Source: an uncultured Synergistales bacterium (GTDB lineage: Bacteria > Synergistota > Synergistia > Synergistales > JAFGMB01). Taken from it: a DNA stretch of 45,796 nucleotides. Of the stretch, positions 40,941 to 45,796 are shown piece by piece. The stretch spans positions 1 through 45,796 of the forward strand of contig CAZFJG010000004.1 of assembly GCA_964519285.1 (NCBI GenBank), written 5' to 3'. The first letter of the stretch is position 1. Every line of letters starts with the position of its first letter. Both the position numbers and the translations under genes were made by a program. The notes under the pieces were generated by a model. That model saw only the letters and a list, made by a program, of their open reading frames with translations, ran no database searches and was not told the origin of the DNA.

Positions 40941-40969
40941 CTTCCCATAGAATTATGGGAGGTTTTTTT
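40941..40969 (+). terminator. rho-independent terminator about 110 nt downstream of tRNA-Arg
   Basis: CTTCCCATA (40941-40949), loop GAAT, TATGGGAGG (40954-40962), then TTTTTTT (40963-40969). Confidence 0.75.
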
Positions 40970-41091
40970 AATTGTGGGGAAGGACCTGCATTTATCTGGA
41001 AAAGAAGTACAAATTCAATAAATTAAGATAACTTTTTTAAATCCCTGTTTTTTCTAAAAGTTTTTTGGGATATATGTTGCCCTGGAATCGT

Positions 41092-41120
41092 TTCAGAGTA
41101 CAATATATCTGTGATACAAT
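41092..41120 (+). promoter_or_regulatory. candidate extended -10 promoter for the DUF1850/TRAP pair
   Basis: TTCAGA (41092-41097), 17 nt, TGaTACAAT (41112-41120). A second TACAAT lies at 41099-41104. Motif match only. Confidence 0.35.
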
Positions 41121-41183
41121 TCAGTGGCGCAGAGAAGGAGTTATGCACACGGAGCTTACATTTACAAGGAAGGAAGTACATGG

Positions 41184-41705
41184 ATGAAAAGATCTATTCT
41201 GAAAGTCATTTTATTTTCAATATGTTTTTTCTCTATTCTTTTTCTTCTATTTACGCCTGTACTTAATTTAAATATCAGTGACAGTGATGAACTTCTTCTT
41301 TCACTACCTGTGCATTCCGGAAAAACCCTTACCACTGGTTATATACATTCAGTACAATTAACTCCTGTAGAAGACGATTACCGGATAATAGATGATTCCA
41401 TCTGGCTCTGGGAAGAAAGAGTAGTTTCCCATAATGCTGGTCTGCCCGTTGAAGCTCCTCGTAATGGAAGATTCTTTCAGGATAAGTCATGGATGTATGT
41501 TCAGGGTGGAAGATATAGCTTTGATAAGATCATGCTGAGAGTTGGGGATTCTGACCTTGGCAGAAACTGGATTAAGCTCGGAAATGCTCCTGAAATTCCT
41601 CTTTATAAAAAACATCCCTTATCACTTCTGAAAATCTATGTAACAGAAATGCCTTTTGTCTTTTCATGTATAAATAAACGAGTTGACCTTTTACAAAACA
41701 GGTAA
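41184..41705 (+). CDS. DUF1850 domain protein (TAXI-TRAP accessory protein)
   Basis: N-terminal TM helix, then the HSVQLTPVEDDY...SHNAGLP pattern I recognise from DUF1850 proteins. It lies directly upstream of the fused TRAP permease. ATG 41184 follows AAGGAAGGAAG. Confidence 0.65.
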   Translation: MKRSILKVILFSICFFSILFLLFTPVLNLNISDSDELLLSLPVHSGKTLTTGYIHSVQLTPVEDDYRIIDDSIWLWEERVVSHNAGLPVEAPRNGRFFQDKSWMYVQGGRYSFDKIMLRVGDSDLGRNWIKLGNAPEIPLYKKHPLSLLKIYVTEMPFVFSCINKRVDLLQNR

Positions 41706-41791
41706 TGACATATTACAATTGTCAGAAGTTAAAGTGAACCTGAAACAATTTAGTGCGATCTATCAATATTTTTACAGGGGGGATAGGTTTC

Positions 41792-43753
41792 ATGGCAGAA
41801 GACACCAAACCTATACAAAACGATGAAATGACGGAGATCGATCTTGATGAGGTGAGACGGCAGTTTGATACCGAATCAAGGTTCAGGGAGCTTATGGGAT
41901 GGCAGGGATGGCTTATCACCACCATAGCTGTTGCAATGTCTTTATTCCATATTTATACTGCAGGTTTCGGCCTGTTGAATGCAATGATACAGAGGGCTAT
42001 GCACCTTGCCTTTGTACTTGTTCTGGTCTTTCTTCTTTATCCTTTTTCACAGAAAAAAAGTGCAAGAGACAGGATCCCGTGGACTGATTTTATTTTAGCC
42101 CTTGCTGGAGCCTACGTTACTCTCTACATGGTCTTTAACTTTGAAGAGCTGGTAATGCGTGCCGGGTTACCAACAAGGATGGATCTTATTGTGGGGTTCC
42201 TGGGTATAGCACTTCTTCTCGAGGCTACGAGAAGGGTTTCAAGTCCTATTCTTCCCTGCATTGCATTATTCTTTCTTTTTTATTGTTTCTTTGGAAGATA
42301 TTTTCCACAGATGTTCCAGCACAGAGGCTTTAATGTTATCCGGGTTATTAATCACATGTACATGGGTACGGAGGGAGTATTTGGAATTCCCCTTGCTGTT
42401 TCTGCGACCTTTGTTTTTATGTTCATTCTTTTCGGGTCGTTTCTTGAACAGACAGGAATGGGAAAGTTTATAATCGATCTTTCCATGGCGCTCGCAGGGC
42501 ATTCTACTGGTGGTCCAGCAAAGGTAGCTGTTTTGAGTTCTGGTTTCATGGGTTCCATCTCAGGTTCTTCCGTTGCAAATGTCTGTACAACTGGAATGTT
42601 TACGATACCACTTATGAAGAGTGTAGGTTACAAGCCCTACTTTTCAGGGGCAGTTGAAGCTGTTGCTTCTACAGGAGGCCAGATAATGCCACCAGTTATG
42701 GGAGCTGCAGCTTTCATAATGGCGGAATTTCTTGGAGTTCCTTACCTTAAAGTTGCCCTTGCTGCAATAGTTCCAGCTTTTCTTTATTATTTTGCTGTAA
42801 TGGTACAGGTACATCTTGAAGCTTCGAGACTTGGCCTTGAAGGTCTTCCCAGGGAACAGCTTCCCAAGTTGGGTGCACTTTTGAAGAAGAAAGGTCATCT
42901 TCTGCTTCCTCTTGCAGGTATTGTATATTTCCTTCTTTCAGGTTATACACCTCTTAAGGCGGCATTCAACGGTATACTAATAACTGTTGCAGTTTCATAT
43001 CTCAACAGGGAGACAATGCTGACTCCGTTGAAGTTGCGTGATGCTTTGGAGAGCGGAGCAAGAGGAGCTCTTGGAGTAGCCTGTGCCTGTGGAACTGTAG
43101 GTATAATCGTTGGTACAGCGACACTTACAGGTCTTGGATTGAGGATCGCAAGTGCAATAGTTGCCATTTCAGGTGGTTTGCTTTTGCCGTCACTTATTTT
43201 GACCATGGTCGCATGCATTCTTCTCGGAGCTGGTCTTCCGACCACTGCCAATTTCATAGTTACCAGCACTATGTGTGCTCCTGCGCTGTTCAAACTTGAT
43301 GTACCACCTATGGCAGCCTATATGTTCGTTCTTTACTTCGGTATTGCTGCGGATCTAAGTCCACCTGTTGCTCTTGCTGCCTACGCAGGTGCAGGAATAG
43401 CCGGCGATGATCCGATGAAAACAGGTGCAACTGCAGTAAAACTTGCTTTGGCAGGTTTCCTGGTACCGTATATATATGTTTACAATCCCATGCTTGTACT
43501 TGTTGGTTTCAAGGCGGTTCCATTTACAATTGCCATCATTACGGCTGTTCTTGGAGTCTTTCTTCTCGGGATGGGGTCAATCGGTTACTACAAGATCAAG
43601 ATGCAGGCTTGGCAAAGGGCGCTTGCATTTGCAGGAGCTCTTACCCTCCTTGTACCTGGTATACAGACCGATATAATTGGACTCGCCATACTTATTTCCA
43701 TGCACTTACTGCAATCAAGTAAAAAGAAGAAAAAACTGGCCGGAACAACATAG
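41792..43753 (+). CDS. TRAP transporter fused permease (4TM/12TM fusion, TAXI type)
   Basis: About 650-aa polytopic protein. The N-terminus (DLDEV...FRELMGW..., SLFHIYTAGFG) is typical of TAXI-TRAP fused DctQM. ATG 41792 follows a GGGGGGATAGG purine run. Confidence 0.82.
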   Translation: MAEDTKPIQNDEMTEIDLDEVRRQFDTESRFRELMGWQGWLITTIAVAMSLFHIYTAGFGLLNAMIQRAMHLAFVLVLVFLLYPFSQKKSARDRIPWTDFILALAGAYVTLYMVFNFEELVMRAGLPTRMDLIVGFLGIALLLEATRRVSSPILPCIALFFLFYCFFGRYFPQMFQHRGFNVIRVINHMYMGTEGVFGIPLAVSATFVFMFILFGSFLEQTGMGKFIIDLSMALAGHSTGGPAKVAVLSSGFMGSISGSSVANVCTTGMFTIPLMKSVGYKPYFSGAVEAVASTGGQIMPPVMGAAAFIMAEFLGVPYLKVALAAIVPAFLYYFAVMVQVHLEASRLGLEGLPREQLPKLGALLKKKGHLLLPLAGIVYFLLSGYTPLKAAFNGILITVAVSYLNRETMLTPLKLRDALESGARGALGVACACGTVGIIVGTATLTGLGLRIASAIVAISGGLLLPSLILTMVACILLGAGLPTTANFIVTSTMCAPALFKLDVPPMAAYMFVLYFGIAADLSPPVALAAYAGAGIAGDDPMKTGATAVKLALAGFLVPYIYVYNPMLVLVGFKAVPFTIAIITAVLGVFLLGMGSIGYYKIKMQAWQRALAFAGALTLLVPGIQTDIIGLAILISMHLLQSSKKKKKLAGTT

Positions 43754-43804
43754 CCTTAAGTAGTGTTTTCTTCCACGCTTGTGATACAATCCTTGCGTAC
43801 ATTT

Positions 43805-43833
43805 AGCCGTCTCTTATTTAAGAGACGGCCTTT
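43805..43833 (+). terminator. terminator-like hairpin after the TRAP permease and upstream of ileS
   Basis: GCCGTCTCTTA (43805-43815) / TAAGAGACGGC (43818-43828), then CTTTTCC. The U tract is short. Confidence 0.6.
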
Positions 43834-43862
43834 TCCTATAAATTGAGAGGAGAGTTACCTTA

Positions 43863-45796
43863 ATGACAAAAGATTACAAAGAAACGCTGAACATGCCAAA
43901 GACATCCTTTCCGATGAGGGCGAATCTTGCAAAGAGAGAACCTGACTTTCTAAAATTCTGGGATGATATAGCTCTTAATAACCAGTTAATGGAGAAACGG
44001 GCTGACTCCCCTGAGTTCATACTTCACGATGGTCCTCCCTATGCAAATGGAAATATCCACATAGGTACTGCCTTCAATAAGGTACTAAAGGATTTTATTC
44101 CGAAATATAAATGGATGAGAGGATACAAGGCACCTTATGTACCGGGATGGGATACGCATGGTCTGCCTATTGAGCTCCATGTACTGAAATCAAAGGGTAT
44201 TAGCCTTGAAGAAGTAGATCCAGTTTCTCTCAGAAAAGAATGCACAGATTATGCATATAAATATCTTGATATTCAGAGAGAAGAGTTCAAGCGCCTTGGC
44301 GTCCTTGGATTCTGGGATAATCCATACGTAACCCTTAAACCTGAATATGAAGCTGCTGAGATTGGTGTTTTCGCAAAAATGGTAGATAAGGATCTTGTTT
44401 ACAAGGGACAGAAACCTGTCCACTGGTGTATTGACTGCCAGACCGCACTGGCAGCTGCTGAGATTGAATACTGGGATGAAAACTCGGATTCCATTTACGT
44501 TGGTTATACTCTCCCTGATATTTCAGAAAAATATGAAGTGCTTAAAGGAAAGGAAACTCAGATCATTGTCTGGACAACCACTACTTGGACTTTGCCTGCA
44601 AGCATGGCGGTAGCGATAAATCCAAACCTTGACTATGCCTTTCTTCCTGCAAATGGAAAAATTTACCTTTTTGCCGAAGGTTTGATAAAAGATGTAGCCG
44701 AAGCAACTGGTCTCGAATTTGGCGAGCCGGTGCTCAAAGTCAAGGGAAAAGAGCTGGAAGGTGTTATTTCGTTACATCCCTTTTATCCTGAAAGGCAAGA
44801 ACCTCTTGTTCCTGCAGATTATGTGCTTCTTGAACAGGGTACGGGTTGTGTTCATACTGCACCTGGACATGGTGTTGAGGACTATGAGACGGGTATAAGA
44901 TATGGTATAGAAGTCTACAATCCTGTCGATGAAAAAGGTGTTTTTGTTCCTGAAACGGAATTGGTGGGAAACCTTCCTCTTGCAGAGGCAGAAAAAGTTA
45001 TCCTTGAAACTTTGACCGGAAATGGCAGACTTCTGGGTAAAAACAGGATTCTTCACTCTTATCCACACTGCTGGAGATGTAAGAAACCTGTTATCTTCAG
45101 ATCTACGGATCAGTGGTTCGTGAAGGTCAGCCAATTCAGGGATCAAACCCTCAATATCATCGAAAAAGAAGTTCAATGGATTCCGGAGTGGGGAAAAGAA
45201 CGGATATATAACATGGTACGGGATCGTTCTGACTGGTGTATAAGCAGGCAAAGGGTTTGGGGAGTACCTATCCCGGCTTTCTATTGCAATGACTGTGGGA
45301 AGATGATACTTTCAAGCGACAGGATAAAATGCGTTCAGGATATCGTAAGGGAGAAGGGAAGTAGCATCTGGTGGGAACTTTCTCCGAAGGAACTTTTAGG
45401 AGATCTTGCTGTCTGCCCTGCATGTGGAAGTGCAAATCTGCGGAAAGACGAAGATATCATGGATGTGTGGTTTGATTCCGGTTCAAGTCATGCTGCTGTT
45501 CTTGAAACCAGAGACGACCAGAAATGGCCCGCAGATCTTTATCTGGAAGGCAGTGATCAGCACAGAGGATGGTTTCAGACATCACTTTTAACTTCTGTAG
45601 CAACAAAAACCCTGCCACCTTACAAGGCTGTTCTTACCCATGGATTTATTGTCGATGGTGAAGGAAAGAAAATGTCCAAATCCCTCGGTAATGTAATAAA
45701 GCCTCAGGAAATAATAAGCAAATATGGGGCTGATATATTGCGTTTATGGGTCGCATCCACAGATTACAGGAACGATGTAAGAATATCTGACAATAT
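43863..45796 (+). CDS. ileS: isoleucine--tRNA ligase (5' partial, continues beyond the window)
   Basis: I translated it myself; it is absent from the ORF track because it has no stop in the window. MTKDYKETLNMPKTSFPMRANL, HIGH-type PPYANGNIHIGTAF, editing-domain region, CWRCKKPV, WISRQRVWG-like SRQRVWGVPIP, KMSKS. RBS GAGAGGAGAG. Confidence 0.93.
   Translation, partial: MTKDYKETLNMPKTSFPMRANLAKREPDFLKFWDDIALNNQLMEKRADSPEFILHDGPPYANGNIHIGTAFNKVLKDFIPKYKWMRGYKAPYVPGWDTHGLPIELHVLKSKGISLEEVDPVSLRKECTDYAYKYLDIQREEFKRLGVLGFWDNPYVTLKPEYEAAEIGVFAKMVDKDLVYKGQKPVHWCIDCQTALAAAEIEYWDENSDSIYVGYTLPDISEKYEVLKGKETQIIVWTTTTWTLPASMAVAINPNLDYAFLPANGKIYLFAEGLIKDVAEATGLEFGEPVLKVKGKELEGVISLHPFYPERQEPLVPADYVLLEQGTGCVHTAPGHGVEDYETGIRYGIEVYNPVDEKGVFVPETELVGNLPLAEAEKVILETLTGNGRLLGKNRILHSYPHCWRCKKPVIFRSTDQWFVKVSQFRDQTLNIIEKEVQWIPEWGKERIYNMVRDRSDWCISRQRVWGVPIPAFYCNDCGKMILSSDRIKCVQDIVREKGSSIWWELSPKELLGDLAVCPACGSANLRKDEDIMDVWFDSGSSHAAVLETRDDQKWPADLYLEGSDQHRGWFQTSLLTSVATKTLPPYKAVLTHGFIVDGEGKKMSKSLGNVIKPQEIISKYGADILRLWVASTDYRNDVRISDN

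Noticed and set aside
40970-41030. 15-codon GTG ORF (VGKDLHLSGKEVQIQ) just after the tRNA-Arg trailer terminator.
   Set aside because: Its only RBS-like sequence is the 3' arm of the terminator hairpin. It is too short and unsupported to call.
41110-41120. The identical 11-mer TGTGATACAAT occurs upstream of both the DUF1850/TRAP pair (41110-41120) and ileS (43780-43790), which could be a shared operator.
   Set aside because: An exact 11-mer recurring somewhere in ~46 kb is expected by chance many times over. Even restricted to intergenic DNA, about one such match is expected. It is also simply a good extended -10 element, so I treat both copies as promoter candidates only.

Overview
The window is a tightly packed, mostly + strand stretch of core bacterial chromosome, moderately AT-rich by eye. 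I found no CRISPR array, transposase, integrase, phage genes or recognisable defence or toxin cassette.

Gene content, left to right:
- tRNA-Sec at the window edge, and gpt.
- A BMP-family nucleoside-type ABC importer (binding protein, tandem ATPase, two permeases).
- clpB (- strand), queT, cysS (- strand), a short uvrC.
- A riboflavin operon, ribD-ribE-ribBA-ribH, then serS.
- A membrane-domain::WecG/TagA glycosyltransferase fusion, a CBS-pair protein, and a complete A/V-type ATPase operon in the Thermus/archaeal order G-I-K-E-C-F-A-B-D.
- rlmH, ybaB-recR, a PIN/TRAM (YacL-like) protein, fused ispDF, guaB.
- The classical rimP-nusA-ylxR(L7Ae)-infB-DUF503-rbfA-nrnA-truB-ribF cluster.
- tRNA-Arg(CCT), a DUF1850 plus fused TRAP permease pair, and the 5' two-thirds of ileS, which runs off the window and so is missing from the ORF track.

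Nothing here convincingly amounts to a new biological system. The points most worth a second look:
1. A 42-bp palindrome of four CtsR-type GGTCA heptads lying on the clpB promoter.
2. The gap-free glycosyltransferase-fusion / CBS / A/V-ATPase gene string, including a 72-aa single-hairpin c subunit with a Q...ET signature.
3. A queT leader with no recognisable preQ1 riboswitch.
4. A long terminated trailer after tRNA-Arg.
5. A TRAP permease pair with no adjacent binding protein.

All homology calls come from reading motifs in the supplied translations; no database search was run. The taxon cannot be fixed from this window. The gene content would fit a Synergistota-, Firmicutes- or spirochaete-like anaerobe.
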